Positions 39,066-51,523 of a DNA stretch of 64,000 bases are shown here, in pieces (position 1 is the stretch's first letter; each line of letters opens with the position of its first letter). This DNA is from Octopus vulgaris (lineage: Eukaryota), in contig CATOCA020000001.1 of NCBI GenBank assembly GCA_951406725.2, positions 930,001 through 994,000 on the forward strand. Reading direction: 5' to 3'. The notes under the pieces were generated by a model that did not search any database, was not told the DNA's origin, and saw only the letters and a list, made by a program, of their open reading frames with translations. A program made the position numbers and the translations under genes.

Positions 39066-40422
39066 TATGTGTTTTAGTATTGGCAACATGAATGACAATA
39101 GCCAGAGACTACTTGAATTTTGCACATACCATAACCTGTGCATCACCAACACATTCTTTCCCAACAAGACATCCCACAAGGCATCTTGGAGACATCCAAG
39201 ATCTCACCACTGTTATCAGTTGGATCTCATCATTACACGAAGATCCTTTCTGAATTCTGTTCAACTGACCCGTAGCGCGGATTGTGACACAGATCATTCA
39301 CTAATAAGAAGGGTGAGGATTCTGCCTAAAAAGTCCATCACTCCAAGAAAATTAGCCAACCACACATTAACACTGCCAGAACCTCGAACCCTACACTGCG
39401 ACAATGTTTTGCTGTTTTTATCAAGGTTGCCCTCAGTAGCTGCCCAACCTCCTCTGCTGAAAGTAGGTGGAATTATATCAGGGAAGCTTTGTATACCACA
39501 TCAATAGATACTTTCGGAATGAGAGAAAGGTAAAACCCAGATTTTGTTCAGTGCTGGGCTCTCAGAGCTGGAACCAGTTATCGAAGCAAAGCGTACAGCT
39601 CTGATGCAATACAAGAGTGATTCTTCTACAAAGTCACACGAAGAACTCAGAAAGGCAAGAAATAAAACCCAACTGACTGCCAGACGCTATGCAAATGGGT
39701 ATTGAAAGGAAATCTGTCAGAGTATCCAGTCAGCTGCTGACAGTGGCGACACCCGTGGGATGTATGCCGGTTTGAAGAAGGCCCTCGGTCCATCCGCAAA
39801 TACCTCAGCCCCTCTGAAATCAACTAGTGGAGATCTCATCAGGGACCAAAGCAAGCAAATGGATAGATGGATGGAGTACTACCAGGATCTCTACTCACGA
39901 GAGACCACGGTAGCTGAGGCTGCAATCGAGGGTGTCAAGATCTTGCCAGTCATGTGTGAACTTGACAGTCTGCCATCTATAGCAGAGCTCACCAAATCTA
40001 TTGACTCCCTAGCAAGTAACAAGGCTCCGGGAAAAGACGGCATCCCCTCAGAGATCATCAAAACCGGCAAAAACACCATCCTGCTTCGGCACATTCATGA
40101 GCTTCTGTGTCAGTGCTGGTAAGAGGGTACAGTCCCTCAGAATATGCGGGATGCTAACATCATTACGCTTTACAAAAATAGAAGTGACCGTGATGATTGT
40201 AACAATTACCGTGGAATATCTCTTCTAAGCACAGTTGGAAAGGCCTCTGCTCGCATTATCCTGTCCATTGCTTCTCGAATTTATCCAGAATCGCGCTGTG
40301 GCTTTAGAAGAAGCAGATCAACTCTTGACATGATATTCTCCATACGCCAACTTCAGAAGTCCAGAGAGCAGAACATGCCATTATATATGGCCTTCATTGA
40401 TCTGACAAAGGGCTTTGACTAG
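39066..40422 (+). mobile_element. RTE-clade LINE fragment (end of AP endonuclease to start of RT), decayed
   Basis: Motifs ITNTFF, SADCDTDH, KAPGKDGIP, NYRGISLLS and FIDLTKGFD, with stops and frameshifts. It breaks off at a (TA)n tract. Confidence 0.88.
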
Positions 40423-40440
40423 GTAATATATATATATACA

Positions 40441-40509
<69 letters not shown>

Positions 40510-40576
40510 GAGGGAATATTATACATAACTTACAGGGAAAAATTCAATTTAGAAATACTAAATCAAATTTCACGAA

Positions 40577-40609
<33 letters not shown>

Positions 40610-40938
40610 GAAAAAATCACCTTTTATCAATTCAAAATGAACAATTAAATTACACCATCTAGAAAATTACATATAATAGAAATATTAAATATAAAATAAC
40701 AATAATATACCGATGATTAAGTAATGTGCAAAATAATAAATAAATCGTATATATCATGAATTGATAAAAGGTGTTTTTTTTTCTAATTTATATATATATA
40801 TCATATTATATTAAATTAGAGATAAAACCACTATAAGGCAAATCATACAATGAAAAACTTAAGCCAATACATAAGATTAATTAATTTATATTATTTTAAA
40901 TATATATCAAAATTATTAAAAAAAGATAATTAGTATAA

Positions 40939-41001
40939 CACTACGATCGTTTCATGGCTGTCCAATTCTTAAAATTTCGAGTTACAGTCATTCTTCAGGT
41001 G
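40939..41001 (-). ncRNA. Type I hammerhead-ribozyme-like motif (minimal, Penelope-type)
   Basis: Minus strand reads CAC-CUGAAGA-stem II (AUGACUGU...ACAGCCAU)-GAAA-CGAUC-GUA-GUG: catalytic core, palindromic stem III and a GUA cleavage triplet. Confidence 0.6.
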
Positions 41002-41115
41002 ATTTAAATATTTAACTTAGCAAGGTTTAATCAAATAATAATATTTTACTATAAAATTGGATTTAATCCTAAATCTGATTTTTCCCTGTAAGTTTGGATT
41101 TATTCCCTAATATTT

Positions 41116-41174
<59 letters not shown>

Positions 41175-41705
41175 GTCAAACTAATGCACCTGCTTGTTAT
41201 TCCTGCACCTGTCTTCGTCTTTTGTTGTTTTCTGTAAATATATCCTTTTATATATATATATGTGCTGCAAGATTCTTGATGTTAAACCGTGCGTTGAAAC
41301 AGATATTGTTGTATTTTTTTAACTCTTTTTGCCAAATAAACAGACGCACTATATAATTCCCTTTTCACTCATTTATTACCGTTCTTATTCTAATTTATGT
41401 TTATCGTCCGGAAATCTTTCGTCACACCTCTGTGAACTCTTCAGCGACACTTTCCGTCTTCGTGTGAACTCTTCAGCGACACTTTCCGTCTTCGTGTGCA
41501 CTCTTGCTCCGCTTTTATACATATACACACATACGCGAGTAAATATACGGGTAAAACCCTTGTGGAATGCTATATAAAGCTCGTATAAAGTCTTACTCAA
41601 AGAAGGTGCATTTCACACCTCGAATTGGTGATAATGATTACACGACATCTCACCAATGATCAAGTGTAAAAATGTGTCGAAACAATTGTAACGTCTATAG
41701 ATAAT

Positions 41706-41773
<68 letters not shown>

Positions 41774-41797
41774 CATGTATGTATGTATGTATTTCAC

Positions 41798-42119
41798 AGC
41801 CTGCTCGTGAAATTAACGTGTAAGTGACTGAGCACTCCACAGACACGTGTACCCTTAACGTAGTTCTCGGGGATATTCAGCGTGACACAGAGAGTGACAA
41901 GGCCGGCCCTTTGAAATACAGGTACAACAGTACAGGAAGTAAGAGTGAGAGAAAGTTGTGGTGAAAGAGTACAGCAGGGGTCACCACCATCCCTGCCGGA
42001 GCCTCGTGGAGCTTTAGGTGTTTTCGCTCAATAAACACTCACAACGCCCGGTCTGGGAATCGAAACCGCGATCCTACGACCGCGAGTCCGCTGCCCTAAC
42101 CACTGGGCCATTGTGCCTC
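41798..42119 (-). mobile_element. tRNA-derived SINE (family B)
   Basis: Minus-strand head with A box TGGCCCAGTGG and B box GGTTTCGATTCC, followed by a non-tRNA body that ends in a microsatellite. Confidence 0.8.
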
Positions 42120-42584
42120 TTTGGGGGTATATCAGCCGAAACGTTGTGTTAAGAATAAACAAGATGAGGATAAATATCCGTCAAATGTAAATAATGTTCA
42201 TAATTCCTCATTTCTTCAATATAGAACTGTAATACATATGTAATTATGAAATCTTTGGATAGCTCTTCTCTGAATACCTCATTTTTGGATATTTCATCTC
42301 TAATTATCTCGTCTATGGATATCCCATATGTGGATATTTCGTATGGGGGTATTTCTCTTGCTAATATCTCTTTGCTGTACGATATCTACAGTAAAGAGAT
42401 ATGTTCATTTATTAATGTTATATAGACATCTATGAGATATCTCCCACGCATTTGTTTTTGTAGCGGAAATGAATCGTAATGATGATACGAATACGAATAG
42501 AGATAGCGTGAAACTTGGAGTTACTAATTTTAAAAAATGTGTATGCGTGCGCACTCGAGTGCGTGCAAACGAAAGCATATAGGT

Positions 42585-42589
42585 ATGTA

Positions 42590-42625
<36 letters not shown>

Positions 42626-42704
42626 TGTATGTATGTATGTATGTATGTATGTATGTATGTATGTATGTATGTATGTATGGATGGATGGATGGAAGGATGG
42701 ATGG

Positions 42705-42739
<35 letters not shown>

Positions 42740-42770
42740 AGTGTGTGGCTAGCTAGACAGACAGAAAGAC

Positions 42771-42848
<78 letters not shown>

Positions 42849-43089
42849 AGATATATAGATATCTTTCTTTATTAGCCACACAGGGCGGAACACAGAGGGG
42901 ACAAAATACAATGTAGAGCTTTTCTTTTCGGGAAAAAAAGAGAAAAATAAAATTCTGATCAAAAGGGAGGGTAAGACAAAAAAAAAGACAGACAGACAGA
43001 TAGACAGACGGTCGGACAGATAGATAGACAGACAGGCAGAGAGACAGACATACAGGTAGACAGATAGATAGGCAGACAGACAGACAGAC

Positions 43090-43152
<63 letters not shown>

Positions 43153-43256
43153 GATAGATGGATGGATGGTTGGATGGATGGTTGGATGGATGGATGGATG
43201 GATGGATGGATAGATAGAGAGATAGATGGATGGATGGATGGATGGATGGATGGATG

Positions 43257-43302
<46 letters not shown>
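42585..43302. repeat. Compound microsatellite (TATG, GGAT, TG, GATA, GA, GACA)
   Basis: Read directly from the sequence. Confidence 0.95.
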
Positions 43303-43462
43303 AGTTCGATGCAGGGAGGATCACCACCGTAAATATAAGCCGCACACAAATATTCGCAACAACCGCACACATAAAGAGAAGAGAGAAGGGAAAAGAAATA
43401 ACTCCTGGGCGACGTAAATTCAATAACAACAATTACAATAATAATAGCAATAACAGCTAAAA

Positions 43463-43568
43463 TATGGACGTCAGCGGCACATTTCATAAAGTATGCACAT
43501 CAGCGGCACATATCATAAAGTATGGGTTTCAGCAGCACACATCATAAAGTATGGACGTCAGAAGCACA
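43463..43568. repeat. 29-bp minisatellite, ~3.5 diverged copies
   Basis: TATGGACGTCAGCGGCACATTTCATAAAG and variants. Confidence 0.75.
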
Positions 43569-44380
43569 GCGGCCGGGATCTCTTTAATATCGATCCTTTC
43601 TCAGCCAGACATAATCTGCACTTTCTGCTGCTATTGAAGTACGCTTTACATTTCTCTAGAATCCTCCACTTTATGTTATTCTTGGTGACGCTGTCTTTCA
43701 ACGACCATACGTGCTTGGCCAGGGTTGTGGAATTACATCTCTCCTAGATGCGGAAAGACTTGTGGTTGTTATAGCAGGGTCTGAAGGGGCCTTCAGTTGC
43801 TCCAATGTACTTTTGCATGTTTGGTTGTCTATTTAATCCTATTGCTGTTACCTTTACCTCGTGTACGACGTCCTTCGTATTACAGTGGTCGTTCAGTGGC
43901 GAGATGGGTTACCCTTACTTGAGCATCTTGCCCCTGTCTCAGGTGTGACCCTAACTACTAAAATCAAATTTTTACATTAAATGTGCACAGCTAAAGAAAA
44001 CATTCACGATGCGTCTATTTTTAATCCTTGAAAATTTTCTAGTTCCCACCAAGTATCGGCGGGTGCATAACCCTCCCGTAAGACCATTGCATGTGCGTGG
44101 GTGTCTAGTCTTTGTTTTCACATATACAATGATAAATTACTTAAGTTCTTTAAATAGGTCAGTAAAGTCTTGCAAGTTTGTAAGCGTACGCAATCCATGA
44201 TCATGAGGCATGCTCGTTATATTTGACAGAAAAACGTATTATATTACACGTGGTCAAGACCTCTCTTTTGTGTGCAGTGTATATCCTTGACCGATCAGTG
44301 TTCAGGCTGGGCGGGGCATTAAGTTATTCACAGCACCAGGTTGTTTATAAATAGATTGTAACAAACGACATAGTAAACCG

Positions 44381-47180
44381 ATTTCCTTATTGCCCACAAG
44401 GGGCTAAACACAGAGAGGACAAACAAGGACAGACAAACGGATTAAGTCGACTATATCGACTCCAGTGCGTAACTGGTACTTATTTAATCGACCCCGAAAG
44501 GATGAAAGGCAAAGTTGACCTCGGCAGAATTTGAACTCAGAACGTAACGGCAGACGAAATACCTATTTCTTTACTACCCACAAGGGGCTAAACACAGAGA
44601 GGACAAACAAGGACAGACAAACGGATTAAGTCGACTATATCGACTCCAGTGCATAACTGGTACTTATTTAATCGACCCCGAAAGGATCAAAGGCAAAGTT
44701 GACCTCGGCAGAATTTGAACTGAGAACGTAACGGCAGACGAAATACCTATTTCTTTACTACCCACAAGGGGCTAAACCCAGAGAGGACAAACAAGGACAG
44801 ACAAACGGATTAAGTCGATTATATCGACTCCAGTGCGTAACTGGTACTTATTTAATCGACCCCGAAAGGATGAAAGGCAAAGTTGACCTCGGCAGAATTT
44901 GAACTCAGAATGTAACGGCAGACGAAATACCTATTTCTTTACTACCCACAAGGGGCTAAACACAGAGAAGACAAACAAGGACAGACAAACGGATTAAGTC
45001 GATTATATCGACTCCAGTGCGTAACTGGTACTTAGTTAATCGAGCCCGAAAGGATGAAAGGCAAAGTTGACCTCGGCAGAATTTGAACTCAGAACGTAAT
45101 GGCAGACGAAATACCTATTTCTTTACTACCCACAAGGGGCTAAACACAGAGAGGACAAACAAGGACAGACAAACGGATTAAGTCGACTATATCGACTCCA
45201 GTGCGTAACTGGTACTTATTTAATCGACCCCGAAAGGATCAAAGGCAAAGTTGACCTTGGCAGAATTTGAACTGAGAACGTAACGGGAGACGAAATACCT
45301 ATTTCTTTACTACCCACAATGGGCTAAACACAGACGGGACAAACAAGGACAGACAAACGGATTAAGTCGATTATATCGACTCCAGTGCGTAACTGGTACT
45401 TATTTAATCGACCCCGAAAGGATGAAAGGCAAAGTTGACCTCGGCAGAATTTGAACTGAGAACGTAACGGCAGACGAAATACCTATTTCTTTACTACCCA
45501 CAAGGGGCTAAACACAGAGAGGACAAACAAGGACAGACAAACGGATTAAGTCGATTATATCGACTCCAGTGCGTAACTGGTACTTATTTAATCGACCCCG
45601 AAAGGATGAAAGGCAAAGATGACCTCGGCGGAATTTGAACTCAGAATGTAACGCCAGACGAAATACCTATTTCTTTACTACCCACAAGGGGCTAAACACA
45701 GAGAGGACAAACAAGGACAGACAAACTGATTAAGTCGATTATATCGACTCCAGTGCGTAACTGGTACTTATTTAATCGACCCCGAAAGGATGAAAGGCAA
45801 AGATGACCTCGGCGGAATTTGAACTCAGAATGTAACGGCAGACGAAATACCAATTTCTTTACTACCCACAGGGGCTAAACACAGACGGAACAAACAAGGA
45901 CAGACAAACGGATTAAGTCGTCTATATCGACCCCAGTGCGTAACTGGTACTTATTTAATGGACCACGAAAGAATGAAAGGCAAAGTCGACCTCGGCGGAA
46001 TTTGAACTCAGAACGTAAGGGCAGACGAAATACCTATTTCTTTACTACCCACAAGGGGCTAAACACAGAGAGGACAAACAAGGACAGACAAACAGATTAA
46101 GTCGATTATATCGACTCCAGTGCGTAACTGGTACTTATTTAATCGACCCCGAAAGGATGAAAGGCAAAGTTGACCTCGGCGGAATTTGAACTCAGAACGT
46201 AACGGCAGACGAAATACCTATTTCTTTACTACCCACAAGGGGCTAAACACAGAGAGGACAAACAAGGACAGACAAACGGATTAAGTCGATTATATCGACT
46301 CCAGTGCGTAACTGGTACTTATTTAATCGACCCCGAAAGGATGAAAGGCAAAGTCGACCTCGGCGGAATTTGAACTCAGAACGTAACGGCAGACGAAATA
46401 CCTCTTTCTTTACTGCCCACAAGGGGCTAAACACAGAGAGGACAAACAAGGACAGACAAACGGATTAAGTCGTCTATATCGACCCTAGTGCGTAACTGGT
46501 ACTTATTTCATGGACCCCGAAAGAATGAAAAGCAAAGTCGACCTCGGCGGAATTTGAACTCAGAACGTAACGGCAGACGAAATACCTATTTCTTTACTAC
46601 CCACAGGGGCTAAACACAGACGGAACAAACAAGGACAGACAAACGGATTAAGTCGTCTATATCGACCCCAGTGCGTACTGGTACTTATTTAATGGACCAC
46701 GAAAGAATGAATGGCAAAGTCGACCTCGGCGGAATTTGAACTCAGAACGTAAGGGCAGACGAAATACCTATTTCTTTACTACCCACAAGGGGCTAAACAC
46801 AGAGAGGACAAACAAGGACAGACAAACGGATTAAATCGTCTGTATCGACCCCAGAGCGTAACTGGTACTTATTTAATGGACCCCGAAAGGATGAAAGGCA
46901 AAGTCGACCTCGGCGGAATTTGAACTCAGAACGTAACGGCAGATGAAATACCTATTTCTTTACTACCCACAAGGGGCGAAACACAGAGAGGACAAACAAG
47001 GACAGACAAACGGATTAAGTCGACTATATCGACCCCAGTGCGTAACTGGTACTTATTTAATCGACCCCGAAAGGATGAAAGGCAAAGTTGACCTCGGCGG
47101 AATTTGAACTCAGAACGTAGCGGCGGACGAGCTACCACTAAGCATTTCGCCCGGCGTGCTAACGATTCCGCCAGCTCGTC
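44381..47180 (-). mobile_element. SINE family C concatemer: one tRNA-like head plus 15 tandem 184-bp bodies
   Basis: The anchor CCCACAAGGGGC recurs at 44393, 44577, 44761 and onward to about 46966. The head (minus strand GAGCTGGCGGAATCGTTAGCACG) is present only at the right end. The body contains GTCGACTTTGCCTTTCATCCTTTCGGGGTCGAT...AAGTACCAG, resembling the Meta/MESC SINE domain. Confidence 0.9.
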
Positions 47181-47309
47181 ATTTAGTCTCTTTCGCAGAC
47201 ACACACTTTATCCAGCGTCGTTTCCCTTGATGGGACCATTCCTGCATCTCCATTTTGGGAATAGCGAGCGGCTGCCTCGTCGCATTTCCTTGGATTTCAT
47301 CGACGTCTT

Positions 47310-47460
47310 GAAACCCTGTTCCTTTCAAGCCACAGTCGAACCACTTCTACTATATGGCTCAGAAACCTGGACGTTGTCGAAGAAGCTTGAGAGGCGGTTG
47401 GATGGAACCTACACTCGCCTCGTTATGAGAGCTCAAAATCTCTCGTGGAAGCGTCATCTA
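47310..47460 (+). mobile_element. Short LINE RT C-terminal fragment
   Basis: Translates as FQATVEPLLLYGSETWTLSKKLERRLDG. Confidence 0.7.
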
Positions 47461-47623
47461 AGCAATGGAAAATAATTTAAACAATTAACATACAAAATAA
47501 TTCTATAATTTTTATACACACGCTTTCCGTACGTATACGGAAAGTGTGTGTTACGGAAAGCGTGTGTATAAAAATTATAGAATTATTTTGTATGTTAATT
47601 GTTTAAATTATTTTCCATTGCTT
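47460..47623. repeat. Perfect inverted repeat, 72-bp arms, 20-bp spacer
   Basis: 47460-47531 is the exact reverse complement of 47552-47623. Confidence 0.92.
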
Positions 47624-49155
47624 TAGTTTTTTTACACGCGTAACAATTAGATTAATTTAACAATTAAGAAAAAAAAATTAGGGTTAAGGTGAGGGTTAGG
47701 GTTAGTGACAGGATGTTGTCTCAGTTTTAGACGCAGCAAATGATTTTAGCTCAAAAGAGAGCATAGGATTGGTTAAAATTCGAAAAATTAAACTACGTTA
47801 AACAAACGAATTACAAATTTATCAAGAAAGCCAAGTGAAAATAATGTTTTCTTTTGACACATTCTACCAGTATATGAAGTTTTAAAGTGTTTAGTTAAAT
47901 AGAAATTGTGTTGAAATCTGGCCTTCAAAAGGAAAAGATCCTAATAATGTACAAAAATGGCAAGAGGTAGTTCCTGTATTACTATTCCAGTACAAAGAGA
48001 TACAACGGTATCCGATGACTAGTTACTATTGTGGCTACTAGTGTAAAACAGTAACTACCATACAATGGCAGTCACACATCACACTGGTGGGAGAAACCCA
48101 CATTACAACAGGATGTATGTATGTATGTATGTATGTATGTATGTATGTATGTATGTATGTATGTATGTATGTATGTATGTGTGTATGTGTGTACGTATGT
48201 ATGTATGTATGTATGTATGCGTGTATATGTCAGGTCACTTTCGAGTGCTACTGGTAACATGTAACCCAGTACAACCTGTTGCATGATCGGGCCGTCGGCG
48301 ACTAAACCGGCAACCCCACCAAACTTACTTGGTGAGGAGGGTGTTTACTGGACACCCTACGGGATGAAAAACAAAACCCGTCAAAGGGCGGAGGAACTCT
48401 TGAGAGTCAACGGCCATCCAATAAATGTCTCAGGGCTGTATCATGCGCGGGGACATAGAAATAATTGGACTGAATACCCGATCGCGCGGTTAAACCATTG
48501 GGAGTGAAGGACTCCTAGCCTTTAATAGGGCATCCTTCTAGGAGAAGGTAACTCAGGTAACTGGGATAACTCCAAACTAAAATCTGCGGCTCAGTGGTTA
48601 CCGATGATGTTGACTTGTTCTTCTTTTCGGATTATGGCTCCTGTTGCTTAGTGAGTGGGATTGACTCAGTGCACAGCCTTTCCTCACTTAAAAAAAATCT
48701 TCTTACACAGGCATTGCACGATAACAACATTGTTCATGATTGTTGATGGTGCTGTGAGTCTCAACTGAATGGCGGGCTGTAGCCTAAAAAAGCAAATAAA
48801 AGCCACATTCGATCACAGCACCAATAACAGTTAAGCTTCGTGCAATGGCCATACTCGATAACGAGGGGGCAGCCATTATGTATGTATGTATGTATGGTGT
48901 GATGCTAGTGAAGTTAGACAAATAGTAACTGTCTTTCACATAACTAACGCGAGTTTTTCGTTGCATCATAATTTCTCCATATAATAGATTATTGTCTTTA
49001 ATCTTGTTCCAAAGTTTGTCGACCTAATGACTAGCGAATAACATAAACTCTTGCATGTCTAATAGATTATGTCTTGGATTTCGTTCTATAGTTCTCTAGT
49101 TTCTATAATGTTTGTTTAAATGCGTTAAATATGTAGACTATTTCCTTATTCACCA

Positions 49156-49536
49156 CTAGCAGTATCGCCCGGCGTTACTCGGGTTTGTAAGGGAAATAAC
49201 TATAAGGCATTTTTAGAGAGTTATAGCCAAAAGATGCATTAAAAATAGAAAAGAAATTATGGTAAATTTTTTTAAAAATCGTTGACTCATCGTAGACATT
49301 TTAGAGAGTTACTTCCCTTTATTAAAAAAATATGCGTTAAAATGGAAAAAAATTATGTTAAATTATTTTTAAAATCGTAGACTCATCGTAGACGCGCACT
49401 AATACCCAGAAGGGCTCGATATGAATCACGACTATAAGATACCCGAATTTGGTTAAACTGCACCGCAAAATGTTGGAGTAGTTAGGAATCTAAATCGGAG
49501 TAGACAGACACACAACTTCACTTTTATATATAAAGA
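49156..49536 (-). mobile_element. Non-autonomous Helitron-like element, complete termini
   Basis: Minus strand A|TC...CCCGAGTAACGCCGGGCGATACTG-CTAG|T. Same family as 23707-24093. Confidence 0.85.
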
Positions 49537-50410
49537 TAAGTTTGAGGAAAAGAGGGGACGATACGAGGACAGACAAAACAAACATTGAGGTCAGGGTATC
49601 GAATGAGACGAAATGTATGAATAAACAAACAATTAAAATATATACAATTAAATGAGAATGAGTGATTAACAAAAAATGAAGCGGAGGACGCAGTCGACCC
49701 CACAAACCACAGACTCACACTGAAGACTTTGCTTTCTCCTTTTTCACATTCTTGATTAAACAGGTTCTTTCACTCGCAACATACTTGCTATAGACTTCCA
49801 TCTTTTACGAAACACACTTTGCGACAGGCATTTCTTCTCCAGCCTTATTTTCCGTTTCATGTGGAAAACGAAAAAGTCGATTAGCTCGAGACTGGAGATG
49901 AACATGCCTGTTGCAATTCCTTTCACTCTCGTCTTCCATTCTATCTCTATCGCCACAGCAACTACCGAGAGAAAACAGGCTCGCTCCCCCCCATTCAGGG
50001 AGGTCAGCGGAACGATCTTAATTACAGATTCGTAGAATGGAAGTGGATAACGTAATGGTTTATTTAACAAACTGAAGTTACTAAAACATATTTCAATAAA
50101 GAAAATGTTCAATAAAATACCAGGACTTTGTCGTTTATTTTATTCAGATGAAGGTCACAGTCAATGAGAAACCTGTCATTGTTGGATTTCTTTTTTATTG
50201 TCTTCGTTCTCCACTTCTTTGCGAAAGAGTCATCGTATACGCATGGCGTAGATCGTTTTAAATTTTCGATTTACTTCGATACTTTGTTTTCATTCGCCAC
50301 AGACTTGCGAACATCTGATCCGCAAAGATAAGTTAGCACAAACTGAAACAGAGCAGGTATTGTTCAAGCTACTAATCTGTGTAAGTATCCTGTATGAATG
50401 GGCAAAATTC

Positions 50411-50827
50411 AAGGCGGCGAGCTGGCAGAAACGTTAGCACGCCGGGTGAAATGCGTAGCCGTATTTCGTCTGCCGTTATGTTCTGAGTTCAAATTCTGCC
50501 GAGGTCGACTTTGCCTTTCATCTTTTCGGGGTCGATAAATTAAGTACCAGTTACGCACTGGGGTCGATCTAATCGACTTAATCCGTTTGTCTGTCCTTGT
50601 TTGTCCTCTCTGTGTTTAGCCCCTTCTGGGTAGTAAAGAAATAGGTTTTTCGTCTGCCGTTACGTTCTGAGTTCAAATTCCGCCGAGGTCGACTTTGCCT
50701 TTCATCCATTCGGGGTCGATAAATTAAGTACCAGTTACGCACAGGGGTCGATCTAATCGACTTAATCCGTTTCTCTGTCCTTGTTTGTCCCCTCTATGTT
50801 TAGCCCCTTGTGGGCAATAAAGAAACA
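50411..50827 (+). mobile_element. SINE family C dimer (head plus two bodies) with 15-bp TSD
   Basis: TSD GAATGGGCAAAATTC at 50396-50410 and 50828-50842. Confidence 0.9.
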
Positions 50828-50879
50828 GAATGGGCAAAATTCTCATATTGGGCTTCTCGTCGAAAATGTCTCTTACTAC

Positions 50880-51523
50880 TCTATCGTTTGTATCGAGGCT
50901 GTTATTGAGTTTTGAACCATGTTCACCGGCTCAGGATCATTGACTATTGTCCTGCAGTTATGGAAAAATAATTTTGTCACCATAAGACAAAATGTCTCCA
51001 AAGAAGGTGATGCTCTATATCTGGTGAGATTGGAAGGGTATTTTATATTACGAGCTACGTTCACAAAATCAGACGTTACTTTCAGACTACTATTGTTCCA
51101 GATTAGACTGATAAAAGGAGGCAATTGATGAAAATCGTCCGGAATTGTCCAACCGAAAAGGTATCGTCTTACATCCGGACAACGCTAGACCACACGTTTC
51201 TTTGCAGACCAGGCAGAAATTGGCACAGCTTGGATGGAATGTCCAACCCTACCCACCATACTCACCTGACCTTGCAATTTCTGATTATCATCTATTCTGA
51301 TCCTTGCTGTGAAGAAGTTCAGTTCTATAAAATCTTACATCGATTCAACAGCCAGAATGATACCAAGTGCTGGGAGGAAGGGATCGTGAAGCTGCCTTAG
51401 AGATGGCGAAAGGTAGTGGAGTAAAATGGAAAATATGTAGTTGAGTAAAGGTATGTACAGCTACCTGATTATTGTAAATGAATTTTACTTAAAAAACGCT
51501 ACGCACTTTTTTGCTAACCCAGT
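50880..51523 (+). mobile_element. Degenerate mariner 3' fragment
   Basis: Frameshifted DNARPH and PPYSPDL motifs; TIR-like end GCACTTTTTTGCTAACCCAGTA. Confidence 0.7.

Noticed and set aside
42045-42119. tRNA gene
   Set aside because: The tRNA-like head runs into a SINE body without a paired acceptor stem or T-run terminator.
44381-47180. Possible tandem tRNA/5S/snRNA gene cluster or hammerhead retrozyme
   Set aside because: The units lack the A-box head and a cloverleaf, match dispersed SINE copies, and show no CUGAnGA...GAAA core that I could find.
47678-47705. Telomere or chromosome fusion site
   Set aside because: Only four to five degenerate TTAGGG units in a single orientation.
48230-48790. 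Possible LINE 5' UTR with HDV-like ribozyme
   Set aside because: The region is locally GC-richer, but I could not assign the nested double-pseudoknot pairing or a linked ORF.
50130-50345. Candidate terminal exon of the adhesion GPCR on the minus strand
   Set aside because: Several possible AG acceptors give short unrelated peptides, and I cannot choose one without transcript data.
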